The notes: a model not told the origin generated them from the letters alone. DNA of 47,081 nt from Pseudomonadota bacterium (GCA_041178085.1 JBEGVZ010000128.1:1-47081); one strand, 5' to 3'. Numbered from the stretch's first letter, positions 9,819-19,954 are shown. Numbers and translations are program-made.

Positions 9819-9918
9819 CTTTTCCCCGGCATGTTTCCTTGCAAACACTGCTGTCATTGGTCTGGCCATTAATGATAGCATTTTTGCCTGATGCACGGTG
9901 GGGGAAGTCGCTTCAGCC

Positions 9919-10716
9919 ATGATGAAAGACCATCTGCCAGATGAAAACGAATTGCCCCGTCATGCGATCACCCGGTTAAACCCGGCCCGCCATCGCGTGG
10001 CCGTTGTGATCCCGGTTTGGAACCAGGGCGACGCCATTATCGAACAACTTGGCGGGATGCAAAGGGCCACCTTGCCCGTTGATATCATTCTTGCCGATGG
10101 CGCGAGCGCAGACGGCTCCACGGAGCCATCAAGGCTGTCGGCGCTCGGTGTTTGCGAATTGCTCGTTACCACAGAACGCGGACTTGGCACTGCTTTGAGG
10201 ATGGGTATCGCCCACGCCGTGCGTGCCGGTTACGAATTTGTGATCACGATCGATGGCAATGGCAAGGATGACTACACGGTGATCCCGCGCGTCATTGAGC
10301 AGCTGGATGGTGGAATGGACTTTGTGCAGGCATCGCGTTTCCTGCCTGGTGCCAGCCACGCCAACACGCCCGTCGGAAGGTGGCTGGGCATCAAACTGGT
10401 CATCGTACCTGTCGTAAATCTGGCTTCTGGATTTCGCTTCACTGATCCGACAAACGGTTTCAAAGGTTTCAGCGTCAAGATACTCCTTGATCATCGATTC
10501 CGCCCCTTTCGCAAGGTATTTGACCGTTTCAACTTCCAGTTCTATGTCAACATCAGGTTGCCTCAGCTGGGGTGCCGGATTGCTGAAGTGCCTGCTGCGC
10601 GGAACTACCCGGCGGATGGGACAGTGCCTACGAAGATTCACGGCTTGCGGACTCATTCTGCATTGTTTTGGCAACTGATTCTTTCTGCTGTCGGGTGGTA
10701 CAATCCCCGGGACTAG
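9919..10716 (+). CDS. GT2 glycosyltransferase, DPM1/polyprenol-phosphate glycosyltransferase-like
   Basis: [44 protein letters not shown]. Confidence 0.85.
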   Translation: MMKDHLPDENELPRHAITRLNPARHRVAVVIPVWNQGDAIIEQLGGMQRATLPVDIILADGASADGSTEPSRLSALGVCELLVTTERGLGTALRMGIAHAVRAGYEFVITIDGNGKDDYTVIPRVIEQLDGGMDFVQASRFLPGASHANTPVGRWLGIKLVIVPVVNLASGFRFTDPTNGFKGFSVKILLDHRFRPFRKVFDRFNFQFYVNIRLPQLGCRIAEVPAARNYPADGTVPTKIHGLRTHSALFWQLILSAVGWYNPRD

Positions 10717-10767
10717 AGATCCCCGGACAGGCTCATGCGCACTCCGTTTTTTGAGGGGCAGCAACCA

Positions 10768-11361
10768 ATGGCAATCACTGTTTTTGATCGCAACTCCCGT
10801 CCTGATCCTTGCACCCTCTCCCTGTTGGCCTGGCTGCCTACCGGAAGCTTTCCGCATCTGATTGCGAAGGAATTCTGGCCCTTGCTGTCAGATACGGACT
10901 TGATGCGCATCGCTGTGCTGCTGGCTCTCAAGAGCCATGAAGAGGGTGGGTGCCCGATTGGTGCCGTGGTCATGGAAAACTCATCGCGTCGCATTGTAGG
11001 CAAGGGCCACAACACACTGGTTCAGGAGAATCATCCCTATAACCACGGAGAGACTTCGGCCATGCGCGATGCCGGATCGATTGATTACAGCGCTACGACC
11101 ATCTTCACCACCCTGACGCCCTGCAAGGTCTGTGCAACCCTCATGGTGGAGCGGGGCGTTTCCCGCGTGGTTATCGGCAACAGCCCTGATCCAGATAATA
11201 ACGAGGATTTTTTGCGCGCAAATGGTGTGGACGTGGTGCGCCTGGATGATCCCATGGGGATTGAGTTGTATGCGCGGTACCGCGCCGCGAAACCAGATCA
11301 GGATCTGGTGGATTGGAGGGGCGTCGCTGCGTTACGGAGAAAGAGCGGGCTGGAATCATGA
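10768..11361 (+). CDS. Zn-dependent nucleobase deaminase, yeast FCY1-type cytosine deaminase-like
   Basis: EGGCPIGAV, GHN, HGE, TTLTPCKVC, RVVIG; GAGGGG RBS before ATG 10768; ~40-aa N-terminal extension. Confidence 0.8.
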   Translation: MAITVFDRNSRPDPCTLSLLAWLPTGSFPHLIAKEFWPLLSDTDLMRIAVLLALKSHEEGGCPIGAVVMENSSRRIVGKGHNTLVQENHPYNHGETSAMRDAGSIDYSATTIFTTLTPCKVCATLMVERGVSRVVIGNSPDPDNNEDFLRANGVDVVRLDDPMGIELYARYRAAKPDQDLVDWRGVAALRRKSGLES

Positions 11362-12425
11362 CGCGGATTCTTGAGTCTCTTGGTGATTTAGCAACCATGG
11401 CCCTGCGGCGATTGCCTCCTGAATTGGCGCATGATGCTGGCGTGGCCGCGCTGGCGTCAGTCGCAGGACAGAGGCTTGCGCAGCTTGTCTCCGTTCCGCA
11501 GGACAGCCGCTTGCAGGTCGTTCTGCCTGGAATCGGCAAACTACAACACCCAGTCGGCCTTGCCGCTGGATTTGACAAAGATGCAAGGGCGATTCCCTCT
11601 TTGGCTGCGCTTGGATTTTCATACATCGAGGTTGGCGCAGTCACTCCACGTCCGCAGCCAGGTAACCCCAAGCCCCGGCTTTTTCGATACCCCGGGGAAG
11701 GTTCGTTGATCAATCGCATGGGTTTCAACAGTGCCGGAGTCGACACGATCCAGCAACGTCTGGTGCAGCTGGGCTGGGATAATGAGGCTTGTCCGATCGG
11801 TATAAACCTTGGCAAGAACAAGGACACTCCCCTTGAAGAGGCCCATCGGGATTACCTGACGGTCCAAGACAAACTTCGCAACCTGGCCAGGTTTTTTGTG
11901 GTCAACGTCAGCTCTCCCAACACACCTGGGCTTCGCTCCCTTGCAACGCCGGCTTTCCTCAAGGAACTGGCATCTGGTTTCGGTGATGACCTCCGGCGTG
12001 TCTGGGTCAAGTTTGATCCTGATATGGAAAAGCCTGTCTTTCAGGATCTGGTAAGTGCGGTGGCTCAATTAGGCTACGCGGGTCTTGTGCTGTGCAATAC
12101 GCACCGTGTGGAGCGGCCCGAGCCCGGAGGGCTTTCAGGGCGGCCCGTGTTGAACCTGGCCAATCAGGCCCTGACTTGGGCCTGGGAAGTTCATCGCGGA
12201 AGCACACCTATGATTGGTGTAGGCGGTATCATGACGGGTAAGGATGTCTTGAACAAGGTTGCCCTTGGTGCAACCGCAGTCCAGATCTATACATCTTTCG
12301 TTTATTCTGGCCCCTGGGTTGTGGCGCGCATCCTTAATGAGATCCGCGAGTCGATGGATCAGGCTGACATTTCAAGCCTTGAGTCCATGCGCGGCAGCGC
12401 ATACAGCGGGCACGTTTCCAAGTGA
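11358..12425 (+). CDS. pyrD: Quinone-dependent dihydroorotate dehydrogenase (class 2)
   Basis: PVGLAAGFDKDA, PQPGNPKPRLFR, INRMGFNS, NLGKNK, VNVSSPNTPGLR, GGLSG, IGVGGI; ATGA overlap with the deaminase stop. Confidence 0.95.
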   Translation: MTRILESLGDLATMALRRLPPELAHDAGVAALASVAGQRLAQLVSVPQDSRLQVVLPGIGKLQHPVGLAAGFDKDARAIPSLAALGFSYIEVGAVTPRPQPGNPKPRLFRYPGEGSLINRMGFNSAGVDTIQQRLVQLGWDNEACPIGINLGKNKDTPLEEAHRDYLTVQDKLRNLARFFVVNVSSPNTPGLRSLATPAFLKELASGFGDDLRRVWVKFDPDMEKPVFQDLVSAVAQLGYAGLVLCNTHRVERPEPGGLSGRPVLNLANQALTWAWEVHRGSTPMIGVGGIMTGKDVLNKVALGATAVQIYTSFVYSGPWVVARILNEIRESMDQADISSLESMRGSAYSGHVSK

Positions 12426-13825
12426 ATAGAAAACCTTCTCTCGCATCCATCCTCGATGTGCTTTGTGATACCCGGATCTTTTTGTTTGGACTGGCCTTGG
12501 CAACGCTCTGCATTGCATGGATCCTTCCCCCGCTCCAATCGCCGGATGAGATGGACCATTTGAAGCGCGCATGGGCTCTGGGCAAGGGTGAGATCCTCTT
12601 GTCTAAGAACCCCTCGGGAGGAAGTTCAGGTTTTTTCGTCGATTCCGGTTTGCTTGCTTACATGGATATTCATGCGCGCATCCGTTTTCGGCCAGACTTG
12701 AAGTTTCAGCCGGCCGAGTTTGAGAAAGCCAAGCAGATGCAATGGAGTCGACAGGAAGTTTTCTCGGAAGCTCCTGGCACGGGATATTATTTTCCAATTA
12801 TTTACCTGCCGCAGGCCGTTGGTTTGAGGTTGGGCCGGGCCGTGGGACTGGGCATCTACGGTAGTTACTGGGTGGCCAGGGTTTTGGCATGGTCGGTCGC
12901 CTTGGCGGCGCTCCTGATCGCGTCTCTGGTGCATCCAACTGGACTGCTGACTCTTTTCCTCCTGGCTATGCCGATGATGCTATTCCAGTTCTCCTCGGCA
13001 AGCATTGATCAGCTTCTTGTTGCTTTCACGATCCTTTATCTTGGTCTGTGCAGTCGTTTAATGGGCCGGCGGACCTACATGATTTCAGGCAGGATTTTAG
13101 CGTCAGATGGCGAAGTCATGCTTTTGACTTTGCTTGGGATATTTCTTGCCTGTGCCCACCAGAATTTGTCTCCGTTGGTGCTTTTCATTTTCCTTCTGGC
13201 ATGGAAGCGGCGGTCTTGGGCCATCTTTCAACTTGGTGTTACGGCCTCAATCACAATCCTTGGTTGGGCATTTTTGGCCATGGCCACGACCCGTGATTTG
13301 CGGATACCCAGGCCCCTGACAGGGGCCGATATCGCCTCCTACTACCTGGAAAATCCTGGTGTCGCTGTGGAACTTGTCTGGCGGACAATCTCAAACCCCG
13401 CCCAGTGGAATTACTGGTGGACTGGCTTTGTTGGCTTGATGGGATGGCTGGACACAAGATTGCCGGAAAGCTTTTATCCGGTGGCTGCTTTGGCTGTTTG
13501 TGTTGCCGGTTTGCTATCGATCGGGAGGTTGGACTCCAGCGTCAGCCGCCTGGAATCCCTGATCGCTGTCCTTGCTGCTTTTTGCGTCATGGCGATCACT
13601 TTCGCAGCCATGATTTTTTCCTGGACGCCGATTCCTCATCATGAAGTTCGCGGCATCCAGGGTCGTTACTTCATATTCCCGGCTCTGCTGCTGGCGCATG
13701 CATTGCGCGACCGCCCGCGTTCCGGGGAATTGCGCGGCAGGATGGCAGCTTTTTTTCTGCTGTCTTGGCTGCTGATGTCTGCGTTATTCACTTTACAGGC
13801 GGTTCAGGTCAGGCACTACAACTGA
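12422..13825 (+). CDS. DUF2142-type multi-pass membrane protein (probable GT-C glycosyltransferase)
   Basis: PPLQSPDEMDHLKRAW periplasmic motif, YLPQA.G, GWLDT, GIQGRYF; about 10 hydrophobic segments. Confidence 0.75.
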   Translation: MNRKPSLASILDVLCDTRIFLFGLALATLCIAWILPPLQSPDEMDHLKRAWALGKGEILLSKNPSGGSSGFFVDSGLLAYMDIHARIRFRPDLKFQPAEFEKAKQMQWSRQEVFSEAPGTGYYFPIIYLPQAVGLRLGRAVGLGIYGSYWVARVLAWSVALAALLIASLVHPTGLLTLFLLAMPMMLFQFSSASIDQLLVAFTILYLGLCSRLMGRRTYMISGRILASDGEVMLLTLLGIFLACAHQNLSPLVLFIFLLAWKRRSWAIFQLGVTASITILGWAFLAMATTRDLRIPRPLTGADIASYYLENPGVAVELVWRTISNPAQWNYWWTGFVGLMGWLDTRLPESFYPVAALAVCVAGLLSIGRLDSSVSRLESLIAVLAAFCVMAITFAAMIFSWTPIPHHEVRGIQGRYFIFPALLLAHALRDRPRSGELRGRMAAFFLLSWLLMSALFTLQAVQVRHYN

Positions 13826-15123
13826 CGCTGGATTGCCTGCCAGTCGGCAGCCGGAAATGCCCGCGGGATTTCCGGGAATCGATGGGCCGCAATTTCCTTG
13901 TCGATATTATGGATACGGTAACACCAGCTATGGTGTGCGTTGTAGTAATCTCCGACCGGAACGAAGACGTTTTGGCCCTGTGAGTCGCGCCACCCATTGG
14001 ACCGGAGGCGCCGGCATTCATCCATGGGTAATGCTGGAGGCGCTGGCGCCTCGCTGGTCATGTCTGCAGAAAGGGCAAGCCATGCATCCGCTGCCGCTGT
14101 AGGCGGAATTCCGGCCATCGCAAGAAGTTCTACCGCGATCTCATCGGCTTCTTGCTCGATGGTATAGACCCCGAGACGTCGGCTGGTTGCTTCCTCCAGT
14201 GGGAAGTTGATGCGCGGCCGAAGTTTTTCGCACAAGTCATCCATTTCCGGATCCGGTTTCGGACGGTGTCCGTGATTGTCTGGCGTAATCTTGTAGCAGT
14301 ATTCGTATTGCCTGACATCCGCCACATGTGCGCGGTAGTAGTGTGCGAGTTCATGGGCGATGACGGCGGCCAGCTCATCTTCAGATTTCAATAGCCGGAA
14401 CAATCCGCTGAAAACAAGGATCCTGTTTGGTGCGGCTTTTACGATAATCCCGCCAGTGCGGGATTTTCGGGGAAAGAAGTCCTCGTTCTTACATGGTCCA
14501 GTCATTACCAAACCCGGCCTGCCGCCTTCGCCGATTCCATCGCGCATGGCGAGCCCACACGGGGCAAAGCGCTTGCTGTACCATTCAGCAAACTCTGAAT
14601 AGCGATCAGGTGCCACTGGAATCATTTTGCAGGATATGAATTGCGATGGGCGGAGAAGCCCAGGCGCTGGTTCAATAGCCTGAAGGCGGTTTTCCGGGAG
14701 GTCAGGAATACCCTCTGTTATGACCACCGGAACTTCGTAACATACCCGTCGAAAGTCTGCCGTAAAGGCGCCTGATTCCGGTGTTTTGCGAACTGCAACG
14801 CGGGCTCGCGGCACGCCAGCCATTTGCCTTGCGTAGCGCATTCGCAGTAGGTGATCGAATTGGTCTGCGAGACCCTGGACATAGGTCACCAGCGAGTGAT
14901 CTTCGGGAAGGAGTGGTCCCCTGACCGTCCGTGAATATTCCTCATTCGGCATTTCCAGGTAATCAAAGGATCCATGGGCCGCAGGATCCCCCACATCGTG
15001 CATCAACTGTGAGGGTGCCGACGTCGTTTTACAGGCAGTTAACCCTGAAAATTGCACCAGTGCCACCAAACTCAAGGGCTGGATGAGGTGCAAGAAAAGG
15101 TGTTTTGGGCGCGGTTTCGACAT
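13816..15123 (-). CDS. M48-family Zn metalloprotease lipoprotein
   Basis: Lipobox LTAC; ELAAVIAHELAH (HExxH); EQEADEIA; HH..R C-terminal motif. Confidence 0.8.
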   Translation of the reverse strand: MSKPRPKHLFLHLIQPLSLVALVQFSGLTACKTTSAPSQLMHDVGDPAAHGSFDYLEMPNEEYSRTVRGPLLPEDHSLVTYVQGLADQFDHLLRMRYARQMAGVPRARVAVRKTPESGAFTADFRRVCYEVPVVITEGIPDLPENRLQAIEPAPGLLRPSQFISCKMIPVAPDRYSEFAEWYSKRFAPCGLAMRDGIGEGGRPGLVMTGPCKNEDFFPRKSRTGGIIVKAAPNRILVFSGLFRLLKSEDELAAVIAHELAHYYRAHVADVRQYEYCYKITPDNHGHRPKPDPEMDDLCEKLRPRINFPLEEATSRRLGVYTIEQEADEIAVELLAMAGIPPTAAADAWLALSADMTSEAPAPPALPMDECRRLRSNGWRDSQGQNVFVPVGDYYNAHHSWCYRIHNIDKEIAAHRFPEIPRAFPAADWQAIQRQL

Positions 15124-15135
15124 CCCGCAATTGTA

Positions 15136-15828
15136 TCATGGACAGTTACTGGTTACTGCAGAAAGGGAGACGTTGTTGTCGATTCCGTCCACCTGGGCGA
15201 TGTTCACTTGCTCGATCCGGCTCCTGGTCGCAACGATGGAAAGCCGGGTACGGTAGCCGACAGTGACCGCGCGGGTGCGGGTCCACTGACACATCTGTCG
15301 TTGCTGGACTTTTGAAAAATTACGCTGTGCATCAAGAGTTACGAGCGGCTCGTTGACATTATCCCGATGTGGGAAAATGCGAAACGCGCGCATGACCATA
15401 CCAAATGGTCCACTGGCGAGCAGGGCAGGTTCCCATGATTGTGGCAGGCGCGTCATGTACCAGTTGGCTTCAATGAACGTCATGGCACCCTTGTCCTTCA
15501 CGACACCGCCCAGGAGCGCACTGCTCATGGAGGACATATAATGGTTCTGCGGTATGACCATCGCCATGTTGATGTCACAGTAACCGCTGGCATGCGCTCC
15601 GTGGCGCTTTCCGAATTTTGAAAGATCGATATCGAAGCCAGTTAACACAAGGGAGGCGTTGTCACCACTCGAAGTGGAAGAGATGTTTTCGACCCGGCAT
15701 GCCGCGGCAAGGGATCCTTGCCCCTTCGCGCTGATCAGGTGCCACTGGATTCCGTTAGCCAGCGCTATTTCGCTTGTCGCGATTGTGCCATACATTGTCA
15801 TCAATTGAAGGAGCGTGCGTATTTTCAT
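15136..15828 (-). CDS. Secreted hypothetical protein (weak resemblance to DUF4360)
   Basis: Signal peptide; G.G...C early motif, second Cys, beta-rich; 4-bp overlap with the upstream gene. Confidence 0.5.
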   Translation of the reverse strand: MKIRTLLQLMTMYGTIATSEIALANGIQWHLISAKGQGSLAAACRVENISSTSSGDNASLVLTGFDIDLSKFGKRHGAHASGYCDINMAMVIPQNHYMSSMSSALLGGVVKDKGAMTFIEANWYMTRLPQSWEPALLASGPFGMVMRAFRIFPHRDNVNEPLVTLDAQRNFSKVQQRQMCQWTRTRAVTVGYRTRLSIVATRSRIEQVNIAQVDGIDNNVSLSAVTSNCP

Positions 15829-16919
15829 TGTGCTACCTCATATGGATCGACCGCTTCGCTATACGCAGAACCAAACGGGAAGTTTGTTCCGGGAAATTTT
15901 TCGATCTTGCCATCTGGCAAACTCCACATGGCCCAGTAGTCGCCGCGGACGCTATCGAATGCCTTTTTGAGGCGCCGACCGTTTGCGCTATCGGCAATCG
16001 TGAAGGTCTGGATTCTTGAGCCATCCGTGTGGAAGCCATAGATCGTTACGCAATGGCTTTCGTAGCAATACGCCGCAGGCACGCCCTTTCGCAGGTTTTT
16101 TTCCAGCTGGACCATGACCTCGTCCCGGCTTCCCTTGAGATTTCGCCAGCCCATCTTGTCGGGTAGGGATCGATCCCGGCGCAACAAGTTCAGAAACTGG
16201 AATGGGGATCCGGATTGCCACTGGTCGGCGTGGCGGCCCATCAGTGCGCGCAGGTCTTTAGTCGTTTTCACTGAATTTACGGATTCGCGGTAGGATTCCA
16301 CGTCCTGGTCCGTGGTCGGGGGCAGGTGGTTGAAGAACGTCTTCATGGCGTGAAATGCCGAGTAGCCCCAGCACCAGTTGCTGGCACCTTGGTTGAAAAC
16401 TTCCTGAAGAGTAAGGTTAAAATCTCCTGCCTTGCCTTCTTCAAGGATGGGCAGGTTGCCGGGGTTGGTGGAGCGTATCTTGATCTTTCTCAAGATCCGG
16501 AATTTCACCGATGACAGGTTTGCCGGGTCCCAGGAGCCGTCGACGAGGGCGATTGCGAGCTCACGTTTTTCGGAAACCTCAACCGGATACTTGCTCCTGA
16601 AGTAGGTCCGGGATTCATCCTGATTCATTTTTTCGAACTGCGTGACGGTGACGCCTTCCCGCCCGCATTCTCCCCCAGAACAGACGACGAATTCGCCCTG
16701 TTGGTTCTCAGGAGCGATCCATATCCAAGTCAGTTCCGGGTTCGTTGTCGCTTCGAGGCGGACTGGAAATTCCTTTTCCAGATTCGAAGAGAGTGATCCA
16801 TTCGTTCTTTGTTCCCCAACGCTGCACGCGGAAACCTGCATGTGCAAGGTAAGGGAAAAGAACATGGCAGCAAGCAGGCGAGGGAACTGGTCCAAGGTGC
16901 GTTTTCTGCGCATCAACAC
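15825..16919 (-). CDS. Secreted/lipoprotein with C-terminal papain-like (C39-like) cysteine peptidase domain
   Basis: Q-x4-WCW (QGASNWCW), HCVTIYG, IADS: Cys-His-Asp arrangement; exact start uncertain (16913-16919). Confidence 0.65.
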   Translation of the reverse strand: MLMRRKRTLDQFPRLLAAMFFSLTLHMQVSACSVGEQRTNGSLSSNLEKEFPVRLEATTNPELTWIWIAPENQQGEFVVCSGGECGREGVTVTQFEKMNQDESRTYFRSKYPVEVSEKRELAIALVDGSWDPANLSSVKFRILRKIKIRSTNPGNLPILEEGKAGDFNLTLQEVFNQGASNWCWGYSAFHAMKTFFNHLPPTTDQDVESYRESVNSVKTTKDLRALMGRHADQWQSGSPFQFLNLLRRDRSLPDKMGWRNLKGSRDEVMVQLEKNLRKGVPAAYCYESHCVTIYGFHTDGSRIQTFTIADSANGRRLKKAFDSVRGDYWAMWSLPDGKIEKFPGTNFPFGSAYSEAVDPYEVAQ

Positions 16920-17015
16920 GGCGAACTCCAGGGGCTCTGCAATCGAGTTTTGACAAGACCAACGACAGCAATGGCTGAGTGCTTTCCGGATGGGATGAGC
17001 AAGAAATTTGCCATA

Positions 17016-17042
17016 AGAAAAAGCCCCTGTTTCCAGGGGCTT
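17016..17042 (-). terminator. Rho-independent terminator downstream of 17133..17543
   Basis: AAGCCCCTG-N4-CAGGGGCTT stem (GAAA loop on the minus strand) running into a T-tract on the minus strand. Confidence 0.7.
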
Positions 17043-17132
17043 GTAACTTCAGGCTGGCTGGGGATCAGACAGGGGACCCGTGTAATCCGTCCAGGTAGTG
17101 GACACCTGCGGGTCAACGGGCCGGAATCAGGG

Positions 17133-17543
17133 CTACTTTGCCCACTTGCAGTTCATCTCTTTGGTGAACGTCTTGTAGTCGTATTCCACTTCGAATTGAC
17201 CCTTTTCGGCGTCTACCCGCAAGACTCCCTGGATGGTCCACGCCCAGGTGTTGTCAACGCTGTAAAGTTCGAAGGTACGTTTTTTCGGGCCATGAAAGTG
17301 AATGACGTCCTCCAGTTCGAACGTTTTAGCCGGCTCACGCAGACGGTCATCAGTCAGGAGTGTCTCAATGTCTTCAACTCCCCATGCTTCCATCGCGCGG
17401 AAACCCCATTTCTTGAGCTCAGCTTTCGAATTGGTTTCGTCGATCGAAATGCGCGTTACAGTTTCCCAGCTGTGCGGGTCCCCGGACATCGGGAGGAGTG
17501 ATGTGCAAACGATGCTGGCGGCCAATGCAGTTGTAAAAAACAT
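17133..17543 (-). CDS. Secreted hypothetical protein
   Basis: Hydrophobic N-terminus, GGAG RBS, followed by a terminator. Confidence 0.6.
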   Translation of the reverse strand: MFFTTALAASIVCTSLLPMSGDPHSWETVTRISIDETNSKAELKKWGFRAMEAWGVEDIETLLTDDRLREPAKTFELEDVIHFHGPKKRTFELYSVDNTWAWTIQGVLRVDAEKGQFEVEYDYKTFTKEMNCKWAK

Positions 17544-17561
17544 GTCGTATCTCCAAGTGAA

Positions 17562-18500
17562 TTATTTATCGTTGCAAATGGTGTAATCAACCTGACAGGA
17601 CTGGTTTTGTTTCCGGCAGTAGTCCAAGGCCTGGTTGATTGCGTCTTCCCTTCCATTGAGGGACCATGCCCATGCCAGGAAGGCACCTGGTCCCTTCAAG
17701 ATGGCCATGCAGGCCGGCCGGTCGTTGCCCAGCCACAATGCCAGTTCACAGTCGCTGTGATTTGCCTGGCACCCTTCAAGCGCGTTGGTCTTGGCCTGGT
17801 CGACGGTTTCGCCGTGCCGCACTGAGTACATGCCGGTGGACGGGGAATAAGCCAAAGCAGCCGGTCGAAGCGCCCCGTTTCCTGGGGGGGACACCGGGTC
17901 AGGCTGTTCGCCGTTCAATGTTACATTTGGCGCACCCGATACCTCGACACGCAGGAAGTCGTCGGGCTTCACTTGCAATGTCTGGTAGGCACCAATGGCA
18001 GCAAGGCTTCCGCAGTCCGGCTGTGAACCGGGACGCGTCAGCTCAAATGCCTTGCCTCTTGTGTCGAAACAAATTGGTTCGGCGTTGCCGACCCATGCAG
18101 CCTGGCTGTCGTACTGCTTTGCAAAGAAACTGAATTTCGAACTGTTCACTGCAAAGAAGTTCTGACACTTGCCAGATTCAATGGTCCACCAGCCCTGGTC
18201 TGTCATGGACGAATATGAAGCGCGGGTGAAACGGGCTGCGATGGAGACGCTCGTTGCGGTCCGGTTACAGACTTGGATCACTGGATCCTCTGGGGTCCAA
18301 GTGCAGCCCCGGATCAGGCTGCAGCTGTTGCGGTCGCGATAGAAATCGCAGCTGTTGGGGAAGTTCGGATCGTCCGGAATTCCGTCGCATGTAGCCCAGG
18401 CCCTGGTCGCGGATGCCAAGAACAGGATCGTTATCACTCCAGCCAGGGCGGATATCGTGGGCCGCGACTTGAATTTTTGGGTAGGGTTAAAGCGGTTCAC
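17562..18500 (-). CDS. Secreted Cys-rich protein with DUF1036-like and DUF4189-like domains
   Basis: IQVCNRT...GWWTIESGKC (DUF1036-like); AALAYSPSTG...ALEGC...C...CMAI...ALDYC...C....IC (DUF4189-like); N-terminal 4-Cys module. Confidence 0.7.
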   Translation of the reverse strand: MNRFNPTQKFKSRPTISALAGVITILFLASATRAWATCDGIPDDPNFPNSCDFYRDRNSCSLIRGCTWTPEDPVIQVCNRTATSVSIAARFTRASYSSMTDQGWWTIESGKCQNFFAVNSSKFSFFAKQYDSQAAWVGNAEPICFDTRGKAFELTRPGSQPDCGSLAAIGAYQTLQVKPDDFLRVEVSGAPNVTLNGEQPDPVSPPGNGALRPAALAYSPSTGMYSVRHGETVDQAKTNALEGCQANHSDCELALWLGNDRPACMAILKGPGAFLAWAWSLNGREDAINQALDYCRKQNQSCQVDYTICNDK

Positions 18501-18644
18501 AGCTTGCGCTCCTGACGTTTTGTCGGGGTTTCTATTAAAATTAATAAAAGCGGTGGACTTTTATCATTTTTTATATAAAAAGGTCAAAAAAAAGTTGCTT
18601 GCTGGTTTGAGCCAGCGTCCGGTCTTGAAAACTTGGGGAGTGTC

Positions 18645-19178
18645 ATGATTTCAAAAGCAAAAAAATCCGTGATTTCAGTGGTTTTTGTCCTGTCTGGTCT
18701 GCTGGCGGGAACCCAATCTGGCTTGGCTGATCAGAGCTTGCCTGACTTTGGGCGGCGCGCAGCGTCAGCGATCGAAGCCAACCTAAAGTCATGCGGATTG
18801 CTGTTGATCAACCCCCATACCCCCGGGTTGCCTTACAACACCCGTTGGAATGCCCGCTACGCCGTTGTTAATCGTGCCGGCCAGGCATTGGCTTACTTTG
18901 TACAGGACTACGGGGCCGGTGAGACCATGACCTGGATGAATCCGAATGGTGGCTACCGTCACTCGATCCGCCTGGGTAACTGGGGTATCGGTTTCACGAC
19001 GCCTTTGGCTGGCAACGTCGCTTCGGCAAGCCGCTTCGTGACTCCGATGGGTATCGGTTACAACTTCTATTGCCGCTCTGCTGGTGGAATGCTGCCCAAC
19101 TGGCAGATGTTTGAAGCCTGCGTTGCATCCGACTTCGTGCGGGTGGTCAGCGCGCAGCTGTGCCAGTACGCGAACTAA
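18645..19178 (+). CDS. Secreted hypothetical protein
   Basis: GGGGAG RBS before ATG 18645, signal peptide, four Cys. Confidence 0.6.
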   Translation: MISKAKKSVISVVFVLSGLLAGTQSGLADQSLPDFGRRAASAIEANLKSCGLLLINPHTPGLPYNTRWNARYAVVNRAGQALAYFVQDYGAGETMTWMNPNGGYRHSIRLGNWGIGFTTPLAGNVASASRFVTPMGIGYNFYCRSAGGMLPNWQMFEACVASDFVRVVSAQLCQYAN

Positions 19179-19186
19179 ACCGGCTC

Positions 19187-19954
19187 GTGCTCGAAGTCCT
19201 CTATCAGGATGATTACCTGGTCGCGGTGGACAAACCCTCTGGATGGGATGTCCACCGGGGAGGCGTCGCGGGCAAAGGTGCTCAACGCCCAGTTGTGCTG
19301 CAGGCATTGAGGGATCAGTTAGGCAAGGCCGTGCACACGGTGCACCGCCTTGATGGCGGGACGAGTGGGGTGTTGCTGTTTGCTTTGGACAAGGATTCGC
19401 AGCGTCTCCTTAATGCCAGCTTCGAGTCGCGCCAGGTAAAAAAATCCTATGTTGCGCTGGTGCGTGGATTCGCCCGCGATGGCTCGTGTGCGGATTCCCT
19501 GCGGGTGGGCAACGCAATTCAAGATGCCTTCACCACATTCAAGTGCCTGGCACAGATCGAATTGCCATGGCCTAATGAAAAGTATGCGCAAAGCCGCTAC
19601 AGCCTGGTTGAGGCAATTCCTGAAACGGGACGATATCATCAGATCCGTCGGCACTTGAATCACCTTGGCTGGCCGGTAGTTGGTGATACCGCCCATGGTG
19701 ACGGCTCACACAATCGGTTGTGGCGTGAACATGTCGCAGTGGATCGTCTCATGCTCCATGCTGCATCGATCGCCTTTCAACATCCTTTCGGTGGGTGGCT
19801 TGAGATCAAGTCGAACCTTCCGGAAGTTTTCCAGCGCGCCATGGCCCTTCCTGGTTGGTCTTGCGTTGGTGAAAGTGCAAGATTTTCCGAAATTACAGCA
19901 AAATTTCCGATTATTAGCCGTGGCAGAGATTCCTTGTCCCGGCTTGTCCTTTAA
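19187..19954 (+). CDS. truC: RluA-family pseudouridine synthase, TruC-like (tRNA psi65)
   Basis: LEVLYQDDYLVAVDKPSGW.VHR, HRLDGGTSG (catalytic Asp), RYSLVE..P.TGRYHQIRRHL, GDTAHGD, RLMLHA; probable GTG start at 19187. Confidence 0.8.
   Translation: MLEVLYQDDYLVAVDKPSGWDVHRGGVAGKGAQRPVVLQALRDQLGKAVHTVHRLDGGTSGVLLFALDKDSQRLLNASFESRQVKKSYVALVRGFARDGSCADSLRVGNAIQDAFTTFKCLAQIELPWPNEKYAQSRYSLVEAIPETGRYHQIRRHLNHLGWPVVGDTAHGDGSHNRLWREHVAVDRLMLHAASIAFQHPFGGWLEIKSNLPEVFQRAMALPGWSCVGESARFSEITAKFPIISRGRDSLSRLVL

Noticed and set aside
16809..17501. 230-aa + strand ORF
   Set aside because: It overlaps two better-supported minus-strand genes and a terminator.
18520..18600. AT-rich tract as a replication origin or foreign DNA
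   Set aside because: It lies between divergent genes with no DnaA boxes or iterons seen; best explained as a promoter region.
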